Assembly (NCBI RefSeq): GCF_036507355.1
Contig: NZ_AP027877.1
DNA from: Escherichia coli
GTDB taxonomy: Bacteria; Pseudomonadota; Gammaproteobacteria; Enterobacterales; Enterobacteriaceae
Reading direction: 5' to 3' (one strand)
Length of the DNA: 64,000 nucleotides
Every line of letters starts with the position of its first letter. Position 1 is the first letter of the stretch. The notes under the pieces are model-generated. The model did no database searches. It saw only the letters and a list, made by a program, of their open reading frames with translations, and had not been told where the DNA came from. Position numbers and translations under genes: made by a program. Below are positions 54,706-64,000 of the stretch, piece after piece.

Positions 54706-57700
54706 ATGTTAAGGGTCTACCATTCCAATCGTCTGGACGTGCTGGAAGCGTTGATGGAGTTTATTGTCGAACGCGAACGGCTGGACGATCCTTTCGAACC
54801 AGAGATGATTCTGGTGCAAAGTACCGGTATGGCACAGTGGCTGCAAATGACCCTGTCGCAAAAGTTTGGTATTGCGGCAAACATTGATTTTCCGCTGCCT
54901 GCGAGCTTTATCTGGGATATGTTCGTCCGGGTGTTACCGGAGATCCCCAAAGAGAGCGCCTTTAACAAACAGAGCATGAGCTGGAAACTGATGACTCTGC
55001 TGCCGCAATTGCTGGATCGCGAAGACTTTACCCTGTTGCGGCATTATCTGACTGACGATAGCGACAAGCGAAAACTGTTCCAGCTTTCCTCAAAAGCGGC
55101 GGACCTGTTTGACCAGTATCTGGTCTATCGTCCGGACTGGCTGGCACAGTGGGAAACAGGACATTTGGTTGAAGGGCTGGGAGAGGCACAGGCCTGGCAA
55201 GCGCCGTTGTGGAAGGCGCTGGTGGAATATACACATGAACTCGGACAACCGCGTTGGCACCGCGCCAATCTCTATCAGCGCTTTATCGAAACGCTGGAGT
55301 CCGCGACGACCTGCCCGCCGGGGTTACCTTCGCGCGTCTTTATATGCGGTATTTCCGCGTTACCGCCTGTTTATCTCCAGGCGCTCCAGGCGCTGGGTAA
55401 ACATATTGAAATCCATCTCCTGTTTACCAACCCCTGCCGTTATTACTGGGGCGATATTAAAGATCCTGCTTATCTGGCGAAACTGCTGACCCGTCAGCGT
55501 CGACACAGTTTTGAAGATCGCGAATTGCCGCTATTTCGCGATAGCGAAAATGCCGGGCAGCTCTTTAACAGCGATGGTGAACAGGATGTCGGCAACCCGC
55601 TGCTGGCTTCATGGGGTAAGCTTGGGCGCGACTACATTTATCTCCTTTCTGACCTGGAGAGCAGCCAGGAGCTGGACGCCTTTGTCGATGTCACGCCAGA
55701 TAACCTGCTGCATAACATTCAGTCTGACATTCTGGAACTGGAAAACCGCGCCGTTGCTGGTGTGAACATCGAAGAGTTTTCCCGTAGCGATAACAAACGC
55801 CCGCTTGATCCACTGGATAGCAGTATCACCTTCCACGTTTGCCATAGCCCGCAGCGTGAAGTTGAAGTTTTGCACGATCGCCTGCTGGCGATGCTGGAGG
55901 AAGACCCGACACTTACTCCGCGCGACATCATCGTGATGGTGGCCGACATCGACAGCTACAGTCCGTTTATTCAGGCAGTGTTTGGTAGCGCACCTGCGGA
56001 TCGTTACCTGCCTTACGCCATTTCCGACCGTCGTGCGCGGCAGTCACATCCGGTACTGGAAGCGTTTATCAGCCTGTTATCACTGCCTGACAGTCGCTTT
56101 GTGTCAGAGGATGTGCTGGCGCTGCTGGATGTGCCGGTGCTGGCGGCGCGGTTTGACATCACCGAAGAAGGGCTGCGTTATTTACGCCAGTGGGTCAACG
56201 AGTCCGGCATTCGTTGGGGCATAGATGACGACAACGTTCGCGAGCTGGAACTCCCCGCCACCGGACAACACACCTGGCGATTTGGCCTGACGCGTATGTT
56301 GTTGGGCTACGCGATGGAGAGCGCGCAGGGCGAGTGGCAATCGGTTCTACCTTATGATGAATCGAGCGGCTTAATTGCAGAACTGGTGGGGCATCTGGCT
56401 TCACTGCTAATGCAGCTAAACATCTGGCGTCGCGGGCTGGCACAGGAGCGTCCGCTGGAAGAGTGGTTGCCGGTTTGTCGCGATATGCTCAACGCCTTCT
56501 TCCTGCCGGATGCGGAAACCGAAGCGGCGATGACGCTGATCGAACAACAATGGCAGGCGATTATCGCCGAAGGTTTAGGTGCGCAGTATGGCGACGCGGT
56601 GCCGCTGTCACTATTGCGTGATGAACTGGCACAGCGTCTGGATCAAGAACGTATCAGCCAGCGTTTTCTCGCCGGACCGGTTAACATTTGTACTCTGATG
56701 CCAATGCGTTCAATTCCGTTCAAAGTGGTTTGCCTGCTGGGAATGAACGACGGCGTTTATCCACGTCAGCTTGCGCCATTGGGCTTTGACCTGATGAGCC
56801 AGAAACCGAAGCGTGGCGACCGTAGCCGTCGCGATGACGACCGCTACCTGTTCCTGGAAGCGTTAATTTCCGCGCAGCAAAAACTCTATATCAGCTATAT
56901 CGGGCGTTCCATTCAGGATAACAGTGAACGTTTCCCGTCGGTACTGGTGCAGGAACTGATCGACTACATCGGGCAAAGTCATTATCTACCGGGCGATGAA
57001 GCGCTCAACTGTGATGAAAGCGAGGCAAGGGTAAAAGCGCATCTTACTTGCCTACATACCCGGATGCCGTTTGATCCGCAAAACTACCAGCCAGGCGAAC
57101 GACAAAGCTATGCTCGTGAATGGCTACCTGCGGCCAGCCAGGCTGGTAAAGCACATTCTGAATTTGTTCAGCCGCTGCCGTTTACCTTACCGGAAACCGT
57201 GCCGCTGGAAACGCTACAACGATTCTGGGCACATCCGGTGCGGGCGTTCTTCCAGATGCGTTTGCAGGTGAACTTCCGTACTGAAGACAGCGAAATCCCC
57301 GACACCGAGCCATTTATTCTGGAAGGACTTAGCCGTTATCAAATCAATCAGCAGTTATTGAATGCACTGGTTGAGCAGGATGATGCCGAACGCTTGTTCC
57401 GCCGCTTCCGGGCGGCAGGGGATTTACCGTATGGCGCTTTTGGTGAAATTTTCTGGGAAACACAGTGCCAGGAGATGCAGCAGCTTGCCGACAGAGTCAT
57501 TGCCTGTCGCCAGCCGGGGCAGAGTATGGAAATTGATCTCGCTTGCAACGGTGTGCAGATAACTGGCTGGTTGCCGCAGGTGCAGCCGGATGGCTTGTTG
57601 CGCTGGCGTCCCTCTTTATTAAGTGTGGCGCAGGGAATGCAACTTTGGCTGGAACACCTTGTCTACTGTGTCAGCGGTGGTAATGGTGAAAGTCGCCTTT

Positions 57701-58074
57701 TTCTACGCAAAGACGGCGAGTGGCGTTTTCCGCCGCTTGCAGCCGAACAGGCTTTGCATTACCTCTCACAACTGATTGAGGGGTATCGTGAAGGGATGTC
57801 CGCGCCATTGCTGGTGTTACCTGAAAGTGGCGGCGCGTGGCTAAAAACCTGTTATGACGCGCAAAACGATGCCATGCTGGATGACGATTCCACGTTGCAA
57901 AAAGCCCGTACGAAATTCCTTCAGGCTTACGAAGGCAACATGATGGTGCGTGGCGAAGGTGATGATATCTGGTATCAACGGCTCTGGCGGCAATTAACAC
58001 CAGAGACAATGGAGGCAATCGTTGAACAGTCGCAACGTTTCCTGTTACCGCTGTTTCGCTTTAATCAGTCATGA
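54706..58074 (+). CDS. recC: exodeoxyribonuclease V gamma subunit RecC
   Basis: 1122 aa; MLRVYHSNRLDVLEALMEFIVERERLDDPFEPEMILVQSTGMAQW typical of RecC. Confidence 0.95.
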   Translation: MLRVYHSNRLDVLEALMEFIVERERLDDPFEPEMILVQSTGMAQWLQMTLSQKFGIAANIDFPLPASFIWDMFVRVLPEIPKESAFNKQSMSWKLMTLLPQLLDREDFTLLRHYLTDDSDKRKLFQLSSKAADLFDQYLVYRPDWLAQWETGHLVEGLGEAQAWQAPLWKALVEYTHELGQPRWHRANLYQRFIETLESATTCPPGLPSRVFICGISALPPVYLQALQALGKHIEIHLLFTNPCRYYWGDIKDPAYLAKLLTRQRRHSFEDRELPLFRDSENAGQLFNSDGEQDVGNPLLASWGKLGRDYIYLLSDLESSQELDAFVDVTPDNLLHNIQSDILELENRAVAGVNIEEFSRSDNKRPLDPLDSSITFHVCHSPQREVEVLHDRLLAMLEEDPTLTPRDIIVMVADIDSYSPFIQAVFGSAPADRYLPYAISDRRARQSHPVLEAFISLLSLPDSRFVSEDVLALLDVPVLAARFDITEEGLRYLRQWVNESGIRWGIDDDNVRELELPATGQHTWRFGLTRMLLGYAMESAQGEWQSVLPYDESSGLIAELVGHLASLLMQLNIWRRGLAQERPLEEWLPVCRDMLNAFFLPDAETEAAMTLIEQQWQAIIAEGLGAQYGDAVPLSLLRDELAQRLDQERISQRFLAGPVNICTLMPMRSIPFKVVCLLGMNDGVYPRQLAPLGFDLMSQKPKRGDRSRRDDDRYLFLEALISAQQKLYISYIGRSIQDNSERFPSVLVQELIDYIGQSHYLPGDEALNCDESEARVKAHLTCLHTRMPFDPQNYQPGERQSYAREWLPAASQAGKAHSEFVQPLPFTLPETVPLETLQRFWAHPVRAFFQMRLQVNFRTEDSEIPDTEPFILEGLSRYQINQQLLNALVEQDDAERLFRRFRAAGDLPYGAFGEIFWETQCQEMQQLADRVIACRQPGQSMEIDLACNGVQITGWLPQVQPDGLLRWRPSLLSVAQGMQLWLEHLVYCVSGGNGESRLFLRKDGEWRFPPLAAEQALHYLSQLIEGYREGMSAPLLVLPESGGAWLKTCYDAQNDAMLDDDSTLQKARTKFLQAYEGNMMVRGEGDDIWYQRLWRQLTPETMEAIVEQSQRFLLPLFRFNQS

Positions 58075-58249
58075 GTGCTGTATAAAAATTGCGCAATCTA
58101 TCCGCTTACTTTATGATGCGCACCAGTCACGGACTGATGGTTATATAAACATAGGCTGACTCGTGCAGCACAAGATTAAATTCTGGCAGATCATTTGCGT
58201 TAACCTGTTGAATCTGTCCAGAAAATAAAGTTGATTATGAGGTCCGTGA

Positions 58250-61138
58250 ATGCCCCGCAGCACCTGGTTCAAAGCATTATTGTTGTTTGTTGCCCTCTGG
58301 GCACCATTAAGTCAGGCAGAAACGGGATGGCAGCCGATTCAGGAAACCATCCGTAAAAGTGATAAAGATAACCGCCAGTATCAGGCTATACGTCTGGATA
58401 ACGGTATGGTGGTCTTGCTGGTTTCTGATCCGCAGGCAGTTAAATCGCTATCGGCGCTGGTGGTGCCCGTTGGGTCGCTGGAAGATCCCGAGGCGTACCA
58501 GGGGCTGGCACATTACCTTGAACATATGAGTCTGATGGGGTCGAAAAAGTACCCGCAGGCTGACAGTCTGGCCGAATATCTCAAAATGCACGGCGGTAGT
58601 CACAATGCCAGCACTGCGCCGTATCGCACGGCTTTCTATCTGGAAGTTGAGAACGACGCCTTGCCCGGTGCGGTAGACCGCCTGGCCGATGCTATTGCAG
58701 AACCCTTGCTCGACAAGAAATACGCCGAACGTGAGCGTAATGCAGTGAACGCTGAATTAACCATGGCGCGTACGCGTGACGGGATGCGCATGGCACAGGT
58801 CAGCGCAGAAACCATTAACCCGGCACATCCCGGTTCAAAGTTTTCTGGTGGTAACCTCGAAACTTTAAGCGACAAACCTGGTAATCCGGTGCAGCAGGCG
58901 CTGAAAGATTTCCACGAGAAGTACTATTCCGCCAATCTGATGAAGGCGGTTATTTACAGTAATAAACCGCTGCCGGAGTTGGCAAAAATGGCGGCGGACA
59001 CTTTTGGTCGCGTGCCGAACAAAGAGAGCAAAAAACCGGAAATCACCGTGCCGGTAGTCACCGACGCGCAAAAGGGCATTATCATTCATTACGTCCCTGC
59101 GCTGCCGCGTAAAATGTTGCGCGTTGAGTTTCGCATCGATAACAACTCAGCGAAGTTCCGTAGTAAAACCGATGAATTGATTACCTATCTGATTGGCAAT
59201 CGCAGCCCAGGTACACTTTCTGACTGGCTGCAAAAGCAGGGATTAGTTGAGGGCATTAGCGCCAACTCCGATCCTATCGTCAACGGCAACAGCGGCGTAT
59301 TAGCGATCTCTGCGTCTTTAACCGATAAAGGCCTGGCTAATCGCGATCAGGTTGTGGCGGCAATTTTTAGCTATCTCAATCTGTTACGTGAAAAAGGCAT
59401 TGATAAACAATACTTCGATGAACTGGCGAATGTGCTGGATATCGACTTCCGTTATCCGTCGATCACCCGTGATATGGATTACGTCGAATGGCTGGCAGAT
59501 ACCATGATTCGCGTTCCTGTTGAGCATACGCTGGATGCAGTCAATATTGCCGATCGGTACGATGCTAAAGCAGTAAAGGAACGTCTGGCGATGATGACGC
59601 CGCAGAATGCGCGTATCTGGTATATCAGCTCGAAAGAGCCGCACAATAAAACGGCTTATTTTGTCGATGCGCCGTATCAGGTCGATAAAATTAGCGCACA
59701 AACTTTCGCTGACTGGCAGAAAAAAGCCGCCGACATTGCGCTCTCTTTGCCAGAGCTTAACCCTTATATTCCTGATGATTTCTCGCTGATTAAGTCAGAG
59801 AAGAAATACGACCATCCAGAGCTGATTGTTGATGAGTCGAATCTGCGCGTGGTGTATGCGCCAAGCCGTTATTTTGCCAGCGAGCCCAAAGCTGATGTCA
59901 GCCTGATTTTGCGTAATCCGAAAGCCATGGACAGCGCCCGCAATCAGGTGATGTTTGCGCTCAATGATTATCTCGCAGGGCTGGCGCTTGATCAGTTAAG
60001 CAACCAGGCGTCGGTTGGTGGCATAAGTTTTTCCACCAACGCTAACAACGGCCTTATGGTTAATGCTAATGGTTACACACAGCGTCTGCCGCAGCTGTTC
60101 CAGGCATTGCTCGAGGGGTACTTTAGCTATACCGCTACGGAAGATCAGCTTGAGCAGGCAAAGTCCTGGTATAACCAGATGATGGATTCCGCAGAAAAGG
60201 GTAAAGCGTTTGAGCAGGCGATTATGCCCGCGCAGATGCTCTCGCAAGTGCCGTACTTCTCGCGAGATGAACGGCGTAAAATTTTGCCCTCCATTACGTT
60301 GAAAGAGGTGCTGGCCTATCGCGACGCCTTAAAATCAGGGGCTCGACCAGAGTTTATGGTTATCGGCAACATGACCGAGGCCCAGGCAACAACGCTGGCA
60401 CGCGATGTGCGAAAACAGTTGGGCGCTGATGGTTCAGAGTGGTGTCGTAACAAAGATGTCGTGGTCGATAAAAAACAATCCGTCATCTTTGAAAAAGCCG
60501 GTAACAGCACCGACTCCGCACTGGCAGCGGTATTTGTACCGACTGGCTACGATGAATACACCAGCTCAGCCTATAGCTCTCTGTTGGGGCAGATCGTACA
60601 GCCGTGGTTCTACAATCAGTTGCGTACCGAAGAACAGTTGGGCTATGCCGTGTTTGCGTTTCCAATGAGCGTGGGGCGTCAGTGGGGCATGGGCTTCCTT
60701 TTGCAAAGCAATGATAAACAGCCTTCATTCTTGTGGGAGCGTTACAAGACGTTTTTCCCAACCGCAGAGGCAAAATTGCGGGCGATGAAGCCAGAAGAGT
60801 TTGCGCAAATCCAGCAGGCGGTAATTACCCAGATGCTGCAGGCACCGCAAACGCTCGGCGAAGAAGCATCGAAGTTAAGTAAAGATTTCGATCGCGGCAA
60901 TATGCGCTTCGATTCGCGTGATAAAATCGTGGCCCAGATAAAACTGCTGACGCCGCAAAAACTTGCTGATTTCTTCCATCAGGCGGTGGTCGAGCCGCAA
61001 GGCATGGCTATTCTGTCGCAGATTTCCGGCAGCCAGAACGGGAAAGCCGAATATGTGCATCCTGAAGGCTGGAAAGTGTGGGAGAACGTCAGCGCGTTGC
61101 AGCAAACAATGCCCCTGATGAGTGAAAAGAATGAGTGA
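58250..61138 (+). CDS. ptrA: protease III (pitrilysin)
   Basis: 962 aa with signal peptide and inverted zinc-binding motif HYLEH (M16 family). Confidence 0.95.
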   Translation: MPRSTWFKALLLFVALWAPLSQAETGWQPIQETIRKSDKDNRQYQAIRLDNGMVVLLVSDPQAVKSLSALVVPVGSLEDPEAYQGLAHYLEHMSLMGSKKYPQADSLAEYLKMHGGSHNASTAPYRTAFYLEVENDALPGAVDRLADAIAEPLLDKKYAERERNAVNAELTMARTRDGMRMAQVSAETINPAHPGSKFSGGNLETLSDKPGNPVQQALKDFHEKYYSANLMKAVIYSNKPLPELAKMAADTFGRVPNKESKKPEITVPVVTDAQKGIIIHYVPALPRKMLRVEFRIDNNSAKFRSKTDELITYLIGNRSPGTLSDWLQKQGLVEGISANSDPIVNGNSGVLAISASLTDKGLANRDQVVAAIFSYLNLLREKGIDKQYFDELANVLDIDFRYPSITRDMDYVEWLADTMIRVPVEHTLDAVNIADRYDAKAVKERLAMMTPQNARIWYISSKEPHNKTAYFVDAPYQVDKISAQTFADWQKKAADIALSLPELNPYIPDDFSLIKSEKKYDHPELIVDESNLRVVYAPSRYFASEPKADVSLILRNPKAMDSARNQVMFALNDYLAGLALDQLSNQASVGGISFSTNANNGLMVNANGYTQRLPQLFQALLEGYFSYTATEDQLEQAKSWYNQMMDSAEKGKAFEQAIMPAQMLSQVPYFSRDERRKILPSITLKEVLAYRDALKSGARPEFMVIGNMTEAQATTLARDVRKQLGADGSEWCRNKDVVVDKKQSVIFEKAGNSTDSALAAVFVPTGYDEYTSSAYSSLLGQIVQPWFYNQLRTEEQLGYAVFAFPMSVGRQWGMGFLLQSNDKQPSFLWERYKTFFPTAEAKLRAMKPEEFAQIQQAVITQMLQAPQTLGEEASKLSKDFDRGNMRFDSRDKIVAQIKLLTPQKLADFFHQAVVEPQGMAILSQISGSQNGKAEYVHPEGWKVWENVSALQQTMPLMSEKNE

Positions 61139-64000
61139 TGTCGCCGAGACACTAGATCCTTTGCGCTTGCCCTTACAGGGTGAGCGCCTGATTGAAGCCT
61201 CTGCCGGCACAGGCAAAACCTTTACGATTGCGGCGCTCTATTTGCGCCTGTTACTTGGACTAGGCGGTTCCGCCGCCTTTCCCCGCCCGCTGACCGTTGA
61301 AGAACTGCTGGTGGTCACCTTTACCGAGGCTGCCACGGCAGAATTGCGCGGTCGTATCCGTAGCAATATCCACGAGTTGCGCATCGCCTGTCTGCGTGAA
61401 ACCACCGACAATCCACTGTACGAACGCCTGCTGGAAGAGATCGACGATAAAGCGCAAGCCGCGAAGTGGTTGTTGTTAGCCGAACGGCAGATGGATGAAG
61501 CGGCAGTCTTTACTATTCACGGTTTTTGCCAGCGCATGCTCAACCTGAATGCCTTTGAATCCGGCATGCTGTTTGAGCAGCAGCTGATTGAAGATGAGTC
61601 TCTGCTACGTTACCAGGCCTGCGCCGATTTCTGGCGTCGCCACTGCTACCCGCTGCCGCGTGAAATAGCCCAGGTCGTCTTTGAAACCTGGAAAGGGCCG
61701 CAGGCGTTGCTGCGCGATATTAATCGTTATCTGCAAGGCGAAGCGCCGGTTATCAAAGCACCGCCGCCCGATGATGAAACGCTGGCTTCCCGCCACGCGC
61801 AAATTGTGGCGCGTATTGCTACGGTAAAACAGCAGTGGCGCGACGCAGTGGGTAAACTGGATGCGCTGATCGAATCTTCTGGTATTGATCGACGCAAGTT
61901 TAACCGTAGCAATCAGGCTAAATGGATCGACAAGATCAGCGCCTGGGCAGAAGAAGAGACCAACAGTTATCAGTTGCCAGAGTCGCTGGAAAAATTCTCT
62001 CAGCGTTTCTTAGAAGATCGCACGAAAGCCGGGGGGGAAACCCCACGACATCCACTGTTTGAGGCGATCGATCAACTGCGTGCAGAACCATTGTCGATCC
62101 GCGATCTGGTGATCACCCGCGCATTGGCTGAGATCCGCGAAACAGTAGCGCGTGAGAAACGCCGCCGTGGCGAATTGGGTTTTGATGACATGTTAAGTCG
62201 GCTCGATTCCGCGCTGCGTAGCGAAAGCGGCGAGGTGTTGGCAGCGGCGATCCGTACGCGATTCCCGGTGGCAATGATCGATGAATTTCAGGATACCGAC
62301 CCCCAGCAGTACCGAATTTTTCGCCGTATCTGGCACCATCAGCCGGAAACCGCATTGTTGCTGATTGGCGACCCGAAACAGGCCATATATGCATTCCGGG
62401 GTGCGGATATCTTCACTTATATGAAGGCGCGTAGCGAAGTTCACGCCCACTACACCTTAGACACCAACTGGCGCTCCGCACCAGGAATGGTGAACAGTGT
62501 GAATAAGCTTTTCAGCCAGACTGATGACGCGTTCATGTTTCGCGAAATACCGTTTATTCCAGTGAAATCAGCCGGGAAAAATCAGGCGTTACGTTTTGTC
62601 TTTAAAGGTGAAACGCAGCCTGCGATGAAAATGTGGCTGATGGAAGGCGAAAGCTGCGGCGTTGGCGACTATCAAAGTACCATGGCGCAGGTATGTGCTG
62701 CGCAAATCCGCGACTGGCTACAAGCCGGACAGCGGGGCGAAGCGTTGCTGATGAACGGCGACGAAGCGCGTCCGGTGCGTGCTTCGGACATCAGTGTGCT
62801 GGTGCGCAGCCGCCAGGAGGCCGCCCAGGTGCGCGATGCCTTAACGTTGCTGGAAATCCCTTCCGTTTACCTTTCGAACCGCGACAGTGTTTTTGAAACT
62901 CTGGAAGCACAGGAGATGCTTTGGCTGTTGCAGGCGGTGATGACACCCGAACGTGAGAACACCCTGCGCAGTGCGCTGGCAACGTCAATGATGGGGCTGA
63001 ATGCGCTGGATATTGAAACGCTGAATAATGACGAACATGCGTGGGATGCGGTAGTCGAAGAGTTCGATGGTTATCGGCAAATCTGGCGCAAACGTGGCGT
63101 TATGCCGATGCTGCGGGCGCTGATGTCGGCGCGTAACATTGCAGAAAACTTGCTGGCAACGGCAGGCGGTGAGCGGCGTCTTACCGATATCTTGCATATC
63201 AGCGAACTGCTACAAGAAGCCGGAACGCAGCTGGAAAGTGAACATGCCCTGGTACGCTGGTTATCGCAACATATCCTCGAGCCAGACAGTAATGCCTCCA
63301 GCCAACAAATGCGCCTCGAAAGTGATAAGCATCTGGTACAGATTGTCACGATCCATAAATCAAAAGGGCTGGAATATCCGCTGGTCTGGTTGCCATTTAT
63401 TACCAATTTCCGCGTCCAGGATCAGGCGTTTTATCACGATCGCCACTCGTTTGAGGCTGTTCTGGATCTTAACGCTGCGCCAGAAAGCGTCGAGCTTGCG
63501 GAGGTCGAACGTCTGGCGGAAGATCTGCGTTTGCTTTACGTGGCGCTGACGCGTTCGGTTTGGCATTGCAGTCTCGGCGTTGCACCGCTGGTGCGCCGTC
63601 GTGGCGATAAAAAAGGTGACACCGACGTCCACCAAAGTGCGCTCGGGCGTTTGCTGCAAAAAGGGGAACCGCAAGATGCGGCAGGGCTTCGCACCTGTAT
63701 TGAAGCGTTATGCGATGATGATATTGCCTGGCAAACGGCACAAACTGGTGATAACCAGCCCTGGCAGGTTAATGATGCTTTAACTGCAGAACTGAATGCG
63801 AGGACGCTACAACGATTGCCCGGCGATAACTGGCGTGTCACCAGCTACTCCGGCTTGCAGCAGCGTGGTCACGGTATCGCTCAGGATCTGATGCCACGGC
63901 TGGATGTTGATGCCGCAGGCGTGGTCAGCGTCGTTGAAGAACCGACGTTAACACCGCATCAGTTCCCGCGCGGTGCGTCACCGGGGACATTCTTGCACAG
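61131..64000 (+). CDS. recB: exodeoxyribonuclease V beta subunit RecB (5' partial, runs off the window)
   Basis: ATG at 61131 overlapping the ptrA stop; MSDVAETLDPLRLPLQGERLIEASAGTGKTFTIAALYLRLLLG (Walker A); open to the window end, so absent from the ORF track. Confidence 0.93.
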   Translation, partial: MSDVAETLDPLRLPLQGERLIEASAGTGKTFTIAALYLRLLLGLGGSAAFPRPLTVEELLVVTFTEAATAELRGRIRSNIHELRIACLRETTDNPLYERLLEEIDDKAQAAKWLLLAERQMDEAAVFTIHGFCQRMLNLNAFESGMLFEQQLIEDESLLRYQACADFWRRHCYPLPREIAQVVFETWKGPQALLRDINRYLQGEAPVIKAPPPDDETLASRHAQIVARIATVKQQWRDAVGKLDALIESSGIDRRKFNRSNQAKWIDKISAWAEEETNSYQLPESLEKFSQRFLEDRTKAGGETPRHPLFEAIDQLRAEPLSIRDLVITRALAEIRETVAREKRRRGELGFDDMLSRLDSALRSESGEVLAAAIRTRFPVAMIDEFQDTDPQQYRIFRRIWHHQPETALLLIGDPKQAIYAFRGADIFTYMKARSEVHAHYTLDTNWRSAPGMVNSVNKLFSQTDDAFMFREIPFIPVKSAGKNQALRFVFKGETQPAMKMWLMEGESCGVGDYQSTMAQVCAAQIRDWLQAGQRGEALLMNGDEARPVRASDISVLVRSRQEAAQVRDALTLLEIPSVYLSNRDSVFETLEAQEMLWLLQAVMTPERENTLRSALATSMMGLNALDIETLNNDEHAWDAVVEEFDGYRQIWRKRGVMPMLRALMSARNIAENLLATAGGERRLTDILHISELLQEAGTQLESEHALVRWLSQHILEPDSNASSQQMRLESDKHLVQIVTIHKSKGLEYPLVWLPFITNFRVQDQAFYHDRHSFEAVLDLNAAPESVELAEVERLAEDLRLLYVALTRSVWHCSLGVAPLVRRRGDKKGDTDVHQSALGRLLQKGEPQDAAGLRTCIEALCDDDIAWQTAQTGDNQPWQVNDALTAELNARTLQRLPGDNWRVTSYSGLQQRGHGIAQDLMPRLDVDAAGVVSVVEEPTLTPHQFPRGASPGTFLH

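Noticed and set aside
54717-58018. Multiple small ORFs antisense to or out of frame within recC and ptrA
   Set aside because: All are embedded in long, well-supported genes and lack independent support

Overview
This window is an Escherichia coli-type chromosomal segment: conserved core genes (recJ-prfB-lysS at the left; yqeF through araE, lysA, galR, omrA/omrB, aas, mutH, ptsP, thyA, recC, ptrA and the start of recB at the right) flank a composite accessory region of about 25 kb anchored at tRNA-Gly(CCC) glyU. The most interesting part is a compact 4.2-kb integrative element (6413-10607) inserted into glyU and bounded by 23-bp direct repeats of the tRNA 3' end. It encodes an unusually long tyrosine integrase, carries an exact 23-bp T7 RNA polymerase promoter consensus plus a second degenerate copy, and has arrays of short iterons that by eye resemble the left terminal region of T7-like phages, yet it has no RNA polymerase, replication or structural genes. 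I read it as a candidate satellite or hitchhiker of T7-like virulent phages, or a module triggered by phage RNA polymerase; this is a hypothesis from sequence alone. Immediately downstream is a second, tandemly integrated islet with a P4-like integrase, a HEPN-like protein and a three-gene operon built around a coiled-coil P-loop ATPase, which looks like an uncharacterised anti-phage module. Further right are an arsRDABC operon with an ArsN-like acetyltransferase, a decayed ECF-sigma/arsA remnant, an arsH and a ygeH that are both truncated by one IS3-family element, and the ETT2 regulator remnant (ygeG, yqeH-K). An IS1 sits at a lysS/ygeR junction with no target duplication, where K-12 has the xdh-ygf-idi block. 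kduI carries a single-base frameshift. All coordinates are from manual reading and all homology statements rest on recall, not database searches.
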